This document shows, piece by piece, positions 35,121-43,881 of a DNA stretch of 64,000 nt (its first letter is position 1; each line of letters starts with the position of its first letter). The position numbers were made by a program, and so were the translations under genes. Below the pieces are notes generated by a model. The model was not told the DNA's origin. It made no database searches and was given only the letters and a program-made list of their open reading frames with translations. Origin of the DNA: an uncultured bacterium (GTDB taxonomy: Bacteria > Patescibacteriota > Minisyncoccia > Phycocordibacterales > Phycocordibacteraceae); contig CAMTWI010000004.1 in assembly GCA_947085505.1 (NCBI GenBank), positions 193,800 through 257,799 on the forward strand, given 5' to 3'.

Positions 35121-37988
35121 CTAACTTTCACAGGATTCACACACACCTGCCTCTTCTCCGGCGGCAACTCGTGCCATCTTGGCTTGCCACTCGCTCGCTG
35201 AGAATCCGCTCGGGATAGCAAGCTCAGGAGCCGCTTCAACGACTTCTTCAATAACAACACTTGTCGCAACAACGGAACCTCCTGCTGCACGGTTATGGGT
35301 TGAGCCGTACTCTGCAGTTGAAACCGTTGCCTTCTCAACCTGGGACGCGCCAAGCGTACGGAGGTAGTAGGTGGTCTTAAGACCCATCTCCCACGCCATG
35401 AAATAGATATCGGAGAGCTCCTTGCCTGAGGTGCCGTTGTAGAAGATATTCAAGGACTGCGACTGATCGATCCACTTGCCGCGACGGGCGGCTGCCTCAA
35501 CAAGCCACTTGCCGTCAATCTCAAACACTTCCTTGTACTTCTCCTTAAGGACGCGTGGAATCTCGTCGATGTTCTGAATACTGCCGTCCGCATACTTGAT
35601 GCGGTTCAACATGCCAGCACTCCAAAGTCCTGCCTTCTTCAAGTCCTCAACGAGATACTTGTTCACCACAACGAACTCTCCCTCTTTGTTGCTCTTCACG
35701 TAGATGTTCTTGTAGATCGGTTCAACACATGGGATGCAGCCAACGAGGTTTGCGGTTGAGGCGGTTGGTGCGATAGCCATCGTGTTCGAATTCCTCATAC
35801 CATGTGCCTTCACGTGCTCGCGAACCGGCGTCCAATCAAGTTTTCCGTCACGCTTCACCTTGATCTCTTCGCCGCGTTCTTTAGCAAGAAGGTCGATGGT
35901 GTCCTGCGGGAAGAGATTGCGATCCCACTTACTTCCCTTGTATGAGGAGTAGGTGCCACGCTCCTTCGCGAGCTCGGAAGAGCCAAGGATCGCGTAGTAC
36001 GCAACAACCTCCATACTCTCGTCTGCGAAGTTGAGTGCTTCGGGCGAATCGAACTGAATGCCAAGCATGTAGAGGGCATCATGGTAACCGCGAACACCAA
36101 GTCCAACCGGACGATGACGGGTGTTGCCGTTCTCTGCGTCAATCGTTGGGTAGAAGTTGAGATCGATAACATTGTCGAGCATGCGGATTGCGGTGCGAGT
36201 TACGCGCGCAACCATCTCATGATCGAAACGAAGATTGCCCTGTTCGTCAGGCGTCACGAACTTCGCGAAGTTGAGTGAACCAAGCGTACAGACGGCAGTC
36301 TCGTCGTCGCTCGTATTGAGTGTGATCTCGGTGCAGAGGTTTGAGTTGTGCACCACACCCGCATGATCCTGTGGAGACCTAACGTTGGACGGATCCTTCC
36401 AGGTGATCCATGGGTGTCCGGTCTCGAACAACATACCGATCATCTTCTTCCAGAGATCAGTAGCTGGAATGCGCTTGAAGAGTTCAATCTCGCCGCGATC
36501 CGCCTTCGCCTCGTACTCGATGTATGCGGTCTCAAACGCTGCTCCATAGAGGTCATGAAGGTCAGGCACGTCACTTGGCGAGAACAGGGTCCATTCCCCA
36601 TTGTCGCGCACACGCTTCATAAAGAGATCCGGAATCCAGTTCGCCGTATTGATGTCGTGCGTACGACGTCGCTCGTCTCCCGTGTTCTTACGAAGCTCGA
36701 GGAAGTCCTCGATGTCGAGGTGCCAGGTCTCAAGGTACACACAGCCCGCACCACGGCGCTTGCCGGAGCGGTTAATTGCGATGTTTACGTCGTTGGCTAC
36801 CTTTAGGAACGGAACGATACCCTGAGAACCTACACCAGTGCCCTTAATAAACGAGCCGGTTGCGCGAACCTTTGTCCAGTCAGTACCCGTGCCGCCAGAC
36901 CACTTAAGGTACTGAGCATTATCCGAGATGGACTTGAAGATACCGTCGAGGGAATCCGGAACAGAGTTGAGGAAGCAGTTCGACATCTGTGCCTTCTTAA
37001 AGCCAGACTGGAAGAGTGTGCGACCGCCTGGGGTGTAGTAGAAGTTCGAAAGCACCTCGTAGAACTCAAGTGCGGCTGCCTCTCTCGCCTCTGGCTTTTC
37101 CGCAATCGCAAGACCCATAGCAATACGCATCCAGAGCATCTGCGGGGTCTCGAGAGTCTTTCGAGCTTTCGGGTCCTCCATGCAGTATCGGCTGATCATG
37201 ATCTCGAGACCCATGTACTCGAACAAGGTGTCATTCTCAACCTTCATGGCACGTGCGAGTTTCTTTAGATCGAACTCGGCCATGCGCTCGTCGAGGTTTC
37301 CTTCAGCAACCAGGCGCTGCATGTTTTGAGCGAACACGCGCTCATGCGCATCGAGTGGATTCTTGGCATCGAACTCAGCACCAAACACTTCCGCGTAGAG
37401 GCGGTTCAAAAGGAGACGGGATGCGAGACGTGAGTAGGCAGGATCACGTTCGATCATAGAACGCACCACCATGATGAGTGCCTTTCCAACCTCAGCCGTC
37501 GTCATGCCCTCGTAGAGCTCGTACTTGAGTTGCGAGAGGATGTGATCGATGTCGAAGCTGCCGACATGCTCCTGGTCTGCGAGGTGCTGCAAGGTCTGGC
37601 GAAGCTTCACCTCGTTGAAGCGCTCCTGCTTTCCGGAGGCGGTCGTTATAAGAAGCCCCTCTTCTTCGATCTTCTCAAGAACCTCTTGTTTCTTCTCTTC
37701 GCGGATCTTCGTGTGCTCGTAGCGGTACACGATGTAATGCTTGGCAACAGAAAGATAGCCCGCTTCCATAAGAGCGAGCTCAACAAGGTCCTGCACGTTC
37801 TCTACCGAAGGAATCTGCTCCTCCCCGAACTTGTTCGAGAGGTCCTCGAGTACGCCATTGGTAACGTTCTCGAGTATCTCCTCAGTTACACCAACCTCAA
37901 CACTCGCAAAAGCTTTCCTCAGTGCATCGGTTATCTTTGCTTCCTCAAAGTCGACAATGCTTCCATTCCTCTTTTTGACCTGCTTCAT
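35121..37988 (-). CDS. nrdA: ribonucleotide reductase class I alpha subunit with N-terminal ATP-cone
   Basis: ATP-cone VKKRNGSIVDFEEAKI, catalytic NLCTEI and C-terminal CESCES. ATG 37988 preferred. The ORF track allows GTG 38015. Confidence 0.9.
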   Translation of the reverse strand: MKQVKKRNGSIVDFEEAKITDALRKAFASVEVGVTEEILENVTNGVLEDLSNKFGEEQIPSVENVQDLVELALMEAGYLSVAKHYIVYRYEHTKIREEKKQEVLEKIEEEGLLITTASGKQERFNEVKLRQTLQHLADQEHVGSFDIDHILSQLKYELYEGMTTAEVGKALIMVVRSMIERDPAYSRLASRLLLNRLYAEVFGAEFDAKNPLDAHERVFAQNMQRLVAEGNLDERMAEFDLKKLARAMKVENDTLFEYMGLEIMISRYCMEDPKARKTLETPQMLWMRIAMGLAIAEKPEAREAAALEFYEVLSNFYYTPGGRTLFQSGFKKAQMSNCFLNSVPDSLDGIFKSISDNAQYLKWSGGTGTDWTKVRATGSFIKGTGVGSQGIVPFLKVANDVNIAINRSGKRRGAGCVYLETWHLDIEDFLELRKNTGDERRRTHDINTANWIPDLFMKRVRDNGEWTLFSPSDVPDLHDLYGAAFETAYIEYEAKADRGEIELFKRIPATDLWKKMIGMLFETGHPWITWKDPSNVRSPQDHAGVVHNSNLCTEITLNTSDDETAVCTLGSLNFAKFVTPDEQGNLRFDHEMVARVTRTAIRMLDNVIDLNFYPTIDAENGNTRHRPVGLGVRGYHDALYMLGIQFDSPEALNFADESMEVVAYYAILGSSELAKERGTYSSYKGSKWDRNLFPQDTIDLLAKERGEEIKVKRDGKLDWTPVREHVKAHGMRNSNTMAIAPTASTANLVGCIPCVEPIYKNIYVKSNKEGEFVVVNKYLVEDLKKAGLWSAGMLNRIKYADGSIQNIDEIPRVLKEKYKEVFEIDGKWLVEAAARRGKWIDQSQSLNIFYNGTSGKELSDIYFMAWEMGLKTTYYLRTLGASQVEKATVSTAEYGSTHNRAAGGSVVATSVVIEEVVEAAPELAIPSGFSASEWQAKMARVAAGEEAGVCESCES

Positions 37989-38274
37989 AAGGTAATCCCG
38001 TAGGTTACGCGGCACGTTTATAAGTCAGCCTTGGCTTCCTCGCTGGCAGGGATTTCGCTCCACTTCGTGGCGCGTAGAGGGCGCCGTAGCGCTTGGCTCT
38101 CGCGTTTCCTCGACTGCATTCGGCTGTGTTGACCTCTGTATTGTACTCGTCTTCACCCAATTCTCAGTGTGCATAAACCAGCAGAAAACATAACTCGAAG
38201 CATTCAAGACACATCTTTTTAGAGCCTTATATAAAGCCGTGGAATAGCGGGTGTTTTAACGCTATAGTGCCGTG

Positions 38275-38390
38275 AGTCAGGGCTGCCAGTACGGACCGAT
38301 CAGTGTGCGGACCCGAAGTCCCTGATTAGGTGCATGTATTCATGACGCCGGGGGGGAGGCATGTTGCCTTCCCCTTTTTAATACCTAGGA
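38275..38390 (+). ncRNA. candidate small RNA or leader of unknown class
   Basis: Promoter TGGAAT 38240-38245, 17 nt, TATAGT 38263-38268. Hairpin agtcaggg...ccctgatt. Terminator ggggaggca-tgt-tgccttcccc followed by ttttt at about 38352-38388. Confidence 0.25.
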
Positions 38391-38406
38391 AGCACACTCC
38401 GCATTC

Positions 38407-38423
38407 GTTCATGAAGGCTTCAT
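38407..38423 (+). promoter_or_regulatory. direct repeat GTTCAT-N5-CTTCAT upstream of the response regulator (putative autoregulatory site)
   Basis: GTTCAT 38407-38412 and CTTCAT 38418-38423. TACAGT 38435-38440 lies 11 nt downstream. ATG at 38477. Confidence 0.4.
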
Positions 38424-38476
38424 GGTCTAATAGATACAGTTTCCCTACAGATATTTAGCCATTAGAACTTCTATTC

Positions 38477-39151
38477 ATGCGCATACTCATCGTTGAAGAC
38501 GAAGCGAAACTTGCTGAGGGACTTAAGCGCGGCCTCGAGAGCAAGGGATTCGCCGTTGACTGGATCGCCGAGAGCGAGAAGGCACGCACACGCATCCTCC
38601 TCTATCGCGACGAATACGACCTTATCCTGCTCGATCTCATGCTCCCGGGGATCGACGGCGCTACCATCACTCGTGAAGCGCGTAAGGAGGGCGTCACCAC
38701 ACCAATCATTATTCTCACGGCTCGCGACGAGACGGAGTATAAGGTTGAACTCCTTAACACGGGCGCAGACGACTATCTCGCGAAGCCTTTCTCCTTTGAA
38801 GAACTCGTTGCACGCATCAACGCGGTGCTCCGCCGTCCAGAGCAAACCATGCTGACAAAGATGACCGTGCGCGATATCGAGCTTGATACCGGTGCGCGCA
38901 CCGTTACCAAAGCTGGAAAACCTATCCAACTCACCCTTAAGGAGTATTCTTTACTTGAGTACTTCATGCGGCACCCAGACGAGGCCCTGACGCGAGAGAG
39001 TATCCTTGACCACGTCTGGAGCTTTGACTTCCCTGGCTTCTCAAACGTTCTTGATGTACATATGAAGAACCTTCGCAAGAAGCTTGATACTTATGCAGAC
39101 GCACCCCTCTTCGAAACCGTACGTGGCGTGGGTTACCGACTTAACCGATAA
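38477..39151 (+). CDS. OmpR/PhoB-family response regulator
   Basis: Receiver domain (ILIVEDE...LILLDLMLPGIDG...KPF) plus a winged-helix C-domain (VRGVGYRL). Confidence 0.9.
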   Translation: MRILIVEDEAKLAEGLKRGLESKGFAVDWIAESEKARTRILLYRDEYDLILLDLMLPGIDGATITREARKEGVTTPIIILTARDETEYKVELLNTGADDYLAKPFSFEELVARINAVLRRPEQTMLTKMTVRDIELDTGARTVTKAGKPIQLTLKEYSLLEYFMRHPDEALTRESILDHVWSFDFPGFSNVLDVHMKNLRKKLDTYADAPLFETVRGVGYRLNR

Positions 39152-40226
39152 GTATCGGTATAACCTGTTTTATAAGACCGCGACAAATGTTGTGGGTTTG
39201 CAGGTGATTCTCGCGCTCATTTCCCTCTTGATTCTTGCCTGGGGCATTGGATACGCACAAGAACGCACGCTATCTGCGGTTAGCGACAGAGTCGTAAATG
39301 GAGTATTCCTTGATTCCGACGCCTCCTCGCAAGGCCTTGCACAAACACTAGAGATCATAAGTAGTGAGACGCATCTCTATGCAGCGATTATCCTCATTGT
39401 TCTCAATGTTCTATTTGGACTCCTCATTGCCCGCTTTGCACTCTGGCCTACACGCAACAGTCTCCAGTTCCAAAAGAAGTTCATCGGAAACATAGCCCAC
39501 GAGATACGCACGCCCCTCGCCATCATAAAGACGAACACGGAAGTTGCGCTGTTCGATCCAAAACTCCCGGCGAGCATTAAGGATACGTTTGATGACACTA
39601 TCGTTGAGCTCGACCGGATCTCAGAGACCATCAACAACCTGCTTTCGTTCGATACCCTTACCCGTCCTCGCCGTATGGTGTTTGAGCCTACCAATCTCTG
39701 CGCACTCACCCACACCATTCTTGAGCGACATCAAGCACTCGCTGATTCTCGGGGCGTAGAACTCATTGCAAAGATGGACGAGGATTGTTTCGTTTGTGGC
39801 AACGGCGTAGCGCTCGAGCAAGTGGTAACAAACCTTGTTAAGAATGCCGTAAACTACACTCCAAAAGACAGGGATGGCTCAGTAACCGTTACAGTTGCTC
39901 CGGAGCCAGGCGACAAAATCATGCTTTCCGTAAAGGATACCGGCATAGGTATTGATCAGAAAGATCTCTTCCATATCTTCGAACCGTTCTATCGCGGTGA
40001 CACATCCCGCGCGCGCGGTATCGGCACCGGCACCTCAGGACTTGGCCTCGCTATTGTGAACGAGATCGTCAGATTGCATAAGGGCGCCATAACAATACGC
40101 AGCACACCTGGCAAAGGCACAGAAATCCGAGTCATCCTTCCGGCTGTAGGCGCTAAAGATCTACCCGATCCACTTACCAACGGAAAGAACAACACCACCA
40201 ACGAAGTGTCGGTTGATTTCTCCTAG
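39084..40226 (+). CDS. sensor histidine kinase (2 TM, HisKA, HATPase)
   Basis: H-box IAHEIRTPLA and N/G boxes (NAVNYTP, DTGIGI, GLGLAIV). The annotated ATG overlaps the RR gene by 68 nt. An in-frame GTG at 39123 is an alternative start. Confidence 0.85.
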   Translation: MILMQTHPSSKPYVAWVTDLTDKYRYNLFYKTATNVVGLQVILALISLLILAWGIGYAQERTLSAVSDRVVNGVFLDSDASSQGLAQTLEIISSETHLYAAIILIVLNVLFGLLIARFALWPTRNSLQFQKKFIGNIAHEIRTPLAIIKTNTEVALFDPKLPASIKDTFDDTIVELDRISETINNLLSFDTLTRPRRMVFEPTNLCALTHTILERHQALADSRGVELIAKMDEDCFVCGNGVALEQVVTNLVKNAVNYTPKDRDGSVTVTVAPEPGDKIMLSVKDTGIGIDQKDLFHIFEPFYRGDTSRARGIGTGTSGLGLAIVNEIVRLHKGAITIRSTPGKGTEIRVILPAVGAKDLPDPLTNGKNNTTNEVSVDFS

Positions 40227-40228
40227 TG

Positions 40229-40274
40229 CTTCATGAACCTGTTCACGACGGGTTCACGCTCTCTTTCATAAAAT
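40229..40274 (+). promoter_or_regulatory. three phased (G/C)TTCA(T/C) repeats plus a -10, directly after the HK stop
   Basis: CTTCAT 40229-40234, GTTCAC 40241-40246 and GTTCAC 40252-40257. TAAAAT 40269-40274 lies 11 nt downstream. Confidence 0.4.
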
Positions 40275-40280
40275 AGGTTT

Positions 40281-40497
40281 ATTGAGGAACCGCACGGAAA
40301 GCGCACGCGCTCCCCTGCTAAGGCCTCATCGTTCTTTCTCAGAGTATTTACGCCGGGCATCTCTACGGAAATGATGCACGGCATACGGGAAAGATTCCTT
40401 ACCAGACGCTAAGCCAGAAGCGCCTGTATGATACGGAAACTAAAGGATTGATGCCGGGGCCGCGCTCAGTAAAACTGGGAGCGGCCCCGGCTCTTTA
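40281..40497 (+). ncRNA. candidate ~210-nt non-coding transcript bounded by the repeat-promoter and a strong terminator
   Basis: By-eye plus-strand scan found only short ORFs (largest 13 codons). Terminator gccggggccgc...gcggccccggc 40453-40491 followed by tcttt. Confidence 0.35.
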
Positions 40498-40513
40498 TAA
40501 AAATCAGATACGG

Positions 40514-40861
40514 TTAAAGAAGTTCTCCAACCTTAGCAACAATTAGCTCGTCAGATTCAACGCAATAAACGTTTGGGAGCTTAAAAAAGAAAGCCTCTGA
40601 GTTTCCAGATACTACGACTGGCTTTTCCAGACCCATCGCCATCCCCGCTTCATATCGTGCACTTTCCTGGTCACCTTCCCATAGGTAAACTAGGAGGTCT
40701 GAGTCCCGCACTGCCTCTGCTTCCTTTATAGCTATTTCCTTTGTTGGACCTGCACTCAAAGTAGCAATCCAGTCGTAGGTTATCGTGTGGCCCTGCGCTG
40801 TAAGCGCGTCCATGACTGCACGAGCTCGTTCTATGGCCTTTCCTGCAACGTAAATTTTCAT
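40514..40861 (-). CDS. nucleoside 2-deoxyribosyltransferase-like protein
   Basis: 115 aa. MKIYVAGK..., a Rossmann-like pattern with acidic residues (LLVYLWEGDQESARYEAG). Family call is tentative. Confidence 0.4.
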   Translation of the reverse strand: MKIYVAGKAIERARAVMDALTAQGHTITYDWIATLSAGPTKEIAIKEAEAVRDSDLLVYLWEGDQESARYEAGMAMGLEKPVVVSGNSEAFFFKLPNVYCVESDELIVAKVGELL

Positions 40862-40864
40862 TCT

Positions 40865-41650
40865 TTAGTTCTTCAACCCCGATCCCCTATGAAAGAGCCA
40901 CAACACAGTTCCAAGCAACACAACAATAAAACCGCCCATAACCGCAAACGAGAGTCCAACCGGAACATCTGAGATACCAAGGAATCCGTATCGGAAGGCA
41001 TTAACCATGTAGAGGATTGGGTTCGCAAGCGAGATAATGCGGAAGAATTCAGGAAGCTGGTCTATGGAGTAGAAGACACCGCCAAGGTATGTAAGAGGAG
41101 TAAGAACGAACGTTGGGATGATGGAGATCGCATCGAAGGATTTTGCGAACATGCCGTTAAGAAGCCCGGCAAGCGCAAAGAGAATTGCCGTAAGGAAAGC
41201 GGCAGCGAATACGATGCCAAGCGAGACAATCGTAAGCTTTGTGAAGAATAAGGAGACGATAAGAACAAGAATCGCAACCATCATGGCGCGCGCAACGCCT
41301 CCTGAAATAAATCCTGCAATAACAACCCAGGATGGCATCGGCGAGACAAGGATCTCGTCGAGTGTATGCACCCATTTCGCGAAATAGAAGGTGGAGACGG
41401 TATTCATGTACGAACTGGTTATAACCGTCATCATCACCAATCCCGGCACAATAAACTGCATGTACGAGAAGCCACCAATAGGCTGTACCTGACTACCAAT
41501 GAACGCACCGAAGATGAGGTAGTACAGAGTTGTTGTTACAACTGGTGGGAGCAGAGTCTGAGACCAAATGCGCAGAATACGCACTATGTCCTTGCGGAGC
41601 ATGGTGTAGTAGCCGACGAGAATGGGTGACGTAGTCATGGTATTAGGCAT
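40865..41650 (-). CDS. ABC-2 type transporter permease
   Basis: 6 TM helices. Overlaps the upstream ATPase gene. Confidence 0.75.
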   Translation of the reverse strand: MPNTMTTSPILVGYYTMLRKDIVRILRIWSQTLLPPVVTTTLYYLIFGAFIGSQVQPIGGFSYMQFIVPGLVMMTVITSSYMNTVSTFYFAKWVHTLDEILVSPMPSWVVIAGFISGGVARAMMVAILVLIVSLFFTKLTIVSLGIVFAAAFLTAILFALAGLLNGMFAKSFDAISIIPTFVLTPLTYLGGVFYSIDQLPEFFRIISLANPILYMVNAFRYGFLGISDVPVGLSFAVMGGFIVVLLGTVLWLFHRGSGLKN

Positions 41651-42590
41651 TTTTCTCGATCAAATTCACAAACACTTCCTCGAGTCTGCTTCCCGAGTTC
41701 CGGATATTTGAGATCTGTATCCCGATCTTGGTCATAAGACGGACAGCATCATTCACAACGTCGCCAGGCTTGAGCGACAACTCAAGCGTGGTCTCGTCGA
41801 TACTCTTTATTGAAAGGTCCCGCATGAGCGCTAATTGCGCTGGTGTAACCGGTTCAACAGTATCGAGAACAAGCGTTACGTAACTCAGTTTCGAGACCAG
41901 CTCCTTTACACTTCCCTGTTCGATAATCTGGCCCTTGTTCACAATTGCGATGCGACTACAGAGTTGCTCTGCCTCCTCAAGGTAGTGGGTGGTGAGGACG
42001 ATGGTCGTGCCCGCTTCGTTCAGTTTCCGCAGGTATTCCCACATCCCACGACGGAGCTCCACGTCCACTCCCGCCGTTGGCTCGTCAAGAAGGAGGATCT
42101 TCGGCTCGTGGATGAGTGCGCGTGCAATGAGAAGCCGGCGCTTCATACCACCTGAAAGCTTTTGCGATTGCGTATCTTTCTTGTCCCAAAGACCCAGCTC
42201 TTTAAGCACCTCTTCCGCTCGTGGAAGGGCTGCACTGCGTGGAATACCGTAGTATCCCGCTTGGTTGAGAACGATGTTGAACGGCGTTTCGAATATATCG
42301 AAGTTCACCTCCTGCGGCACAAGTCCGATATGCTTCTTCGCATTCACCGGGTCACTATCAATAGCAGAACCCATGACCTCAACAGTGCCTGAGGTCTTCA
42401 CCACGAGACCCGCGGTTATACCAATAAGACTTGTCTTGCCCGCGCCATTCGGGCCAAGGAGTCCAAAGAATTCTCCTTTCTTAATCTCGAGCGAAACTCC
42501 TTTCAGTGCTTCGGTTCCGGGCTGCTTTGTATCTTTTGCGTATACCTTTTTGAGGTCCTTGATTGAAAGCGCAGATACCAAATCTTCCAT
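41643..42590 (-). CDS. ABC transporter ATP-binding protein
   Basis: Walker A GPNGAGKTS, signature LSGGMKRR and Walker B ILLLDEPT. Start trimmed to MEDLVSALSIKDL. Confidence 0.9.
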   Translation of the reverse strand: MEDLVSALSIKDLKKVYAKDTKQPGTEALKGVSLEIKKGEFFGLLGPNGAGKTSLIGITAGLVVKTSGTVEVMGSAIDSDPVNAKKHIGLVPQEVNFDIFETPFNIVLNQAGYYGIPRSAALPRAEEVLKELGLWDKKDTQSQKLSGGMKRRLLIARALIHEPKILLLDEPTAGVDVELRRGMWEYLRKLNEAGTTIVLTTHYLEEAEQLCSRIAIVNKGQIIEQGSVKELVSKLSYVTLVLDTVEPVTPAQLALMRDLSIKSIDETTLELSLKPGDVVNDAVRLMTKIGIQISNIRNSGSRLEEVFVNLIEKNA

Positions 42591-42637
42591 AATAGAGTCA
42601 GTATACCACTGACCGTTTTCCGGGCTATGATGGGGAC

Positions 42638-43036
42638 ATGAGCCCCTCATACAAGCGCTTTCTTAGGTACGCAACAGTTGGCGGATCGACGTTCGCGTTT
42701 GACCTCGTACTCCTCTGGATCATGACGGAGTTTTTGTTGGTTCCCTACTTGGTATCCACGGCACTCGCCTTCATGCTTGCTGTCTCCATTAACTACTTCA
42801 TCTCACGAAGGTACGTATTCAAGGGGACCGCGCGGAGAATTCACCACGGCTATGTGTACTTCATTCTGATTGCTGTCGGTGGTGCATTTGCTGTTACGGG
42901 CGCCGTAGCGATTCTTGTGACCACACTCGCCATGCATTATCTCGTGGCACGCGTCTTGGTTGCATGTGTCGTTGGTATAGGAAATTACCTCTTTAACCTG
43001 CATTTCAACTTTAAGGTTGTTGGGCATCATCCGTAG
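42638..43036 (+). CDS. GtrA-family membrane protein
   Basis: RFLRYATVGGSTFAFDLVLLW... with 4 TM helices. TATGAT lies 6 nt before the ATG. Confidence 0.75.
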   Translation: MSPSYKRFLRYATVGGSTFAFDLVLLWIMTEFLLVPYLVSTALAFMLAVSINYFISRRYVFKGTARRIHHGYVYFILIAVGGAFAVTGAVAILVTTLAMHYLVARVLVACVVGIGNYLFNLHFNFKVVGHHP

Positions 43037-43086
43037 GTTGCCTTCTATGAAAGACGGGTCCATAGTGCTCTCAGACCTTCTTTGCA

Positions 43087-43752
43087 ATGAAAGGGTGCGT
43101 CATGCATGCACGCATAAGGAAATCAAAAGACGGCAGTTCTAGGACAGTCTGGGTCGCAGGACCTGGAGACCTTCCGATTACCGGCACTTCAAGTAATGGG
43201 AGATACACCACCTTCAGTACGGGCGGCAAGCGACACTTCACTGCCCGAAACATCCACGAGGATGAGGCTTTCTGGTTGGCTGCCATCCTTCCGTGCATTA
43301 GCGCAGCGTGCATTGCATGGATAGCGCTCGGAACTTCTTTCGAGCGTCCACACATGGCACCGCTTTTCCTATTATCTATGGTCGGTGTCGCTCTCCTCGC
43401 CTCAGGCATTCGCGAGGAAGCCTCTACATGGAAGGAGGTGCTGTTCCTCATCACAACCGTCTTTCTTTTCAGCAACGGAAAGGAGGCCGGGGTGCTTTGG
43501 CTCGCCGCCAGTACCTACGTGTTCCTCCTTATCCGCTACGCGTGGCTGTGGAAGGAACGAGCGGTCTGGGAACCCTTCATATCCCTGTCGCTGTTTTGTG
43601 GCGCATTGCTCGCGCATCGGATTGGTATTCTACCGGGTCTGTTCGCACCGTTCCTGTTCATATGCATCGCAGCATATTCATTTGTCGGACTCATGACAGT
43701 CCTTACAAGCGGATGGACATACAGCCGGGGGTATAACAACATCAGTGAGTAA
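43087..43752 (+). CDS. polytopic membrane protein, hypothetical
   Basis: 5-6 hydrophobic helices. No motif recognised. Start uncertain. Confidence 0.5.
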   Translation: MKGCVMHARIRKSKDGSSRTVWVAGPGDLPITGTSSNGRYTTFSTGGKRHFTARNIHEDEAFWLAAILPCISAACIAWIALGTSFERPHMAPLFLLSMVGVALLASGIREEASTWKEVLFLITTVFLFSNGKEAGVLWLAASTYVFLLIRYAWLWKERAVWEPFISLSLFCGALLAHRIGILPGLFAPFLFICIAAYSFVGLMTVLTSGWTYSRGYNNISE

Positions 43753-43756
43753 TCCA

Positions 43757-43784
43757 CGGGCCCGACTATTGTCGGGCCCGTTCT
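43757..43784 (+). terminator. hairpin terminator
   Basis: cgggcccgac-tatt-gtcgggcccg-ttct. Confidence 0.65.
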
Positions 43785-43881
43785 GCGTATCTCGAATAAT
43801 TTCGGCATTCACCACTGGCGTCCTACTTATGATTCAGGAAATCAACACAGGAATGATGGGTGGCGCGCTATACTTCTCATA

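Noticed and set aside
38016-38240. Cobalamin riboswitch, 2'-dG/purine riboswitch or NrdR boxes in the nrdA 5' region
   Set aside because: Fragments such as GTGGAGCGAAATCCC and AATCAGGGA resemble parts of the B12 consensus. However, the B12 box (GCCACTG…GGGAAGGC) and the CCCGC.ACTGT element are absent. There is no GUUUCUACC purine core and no 16-bp ACACwAtATaTwGTGT-type palindrome pair.
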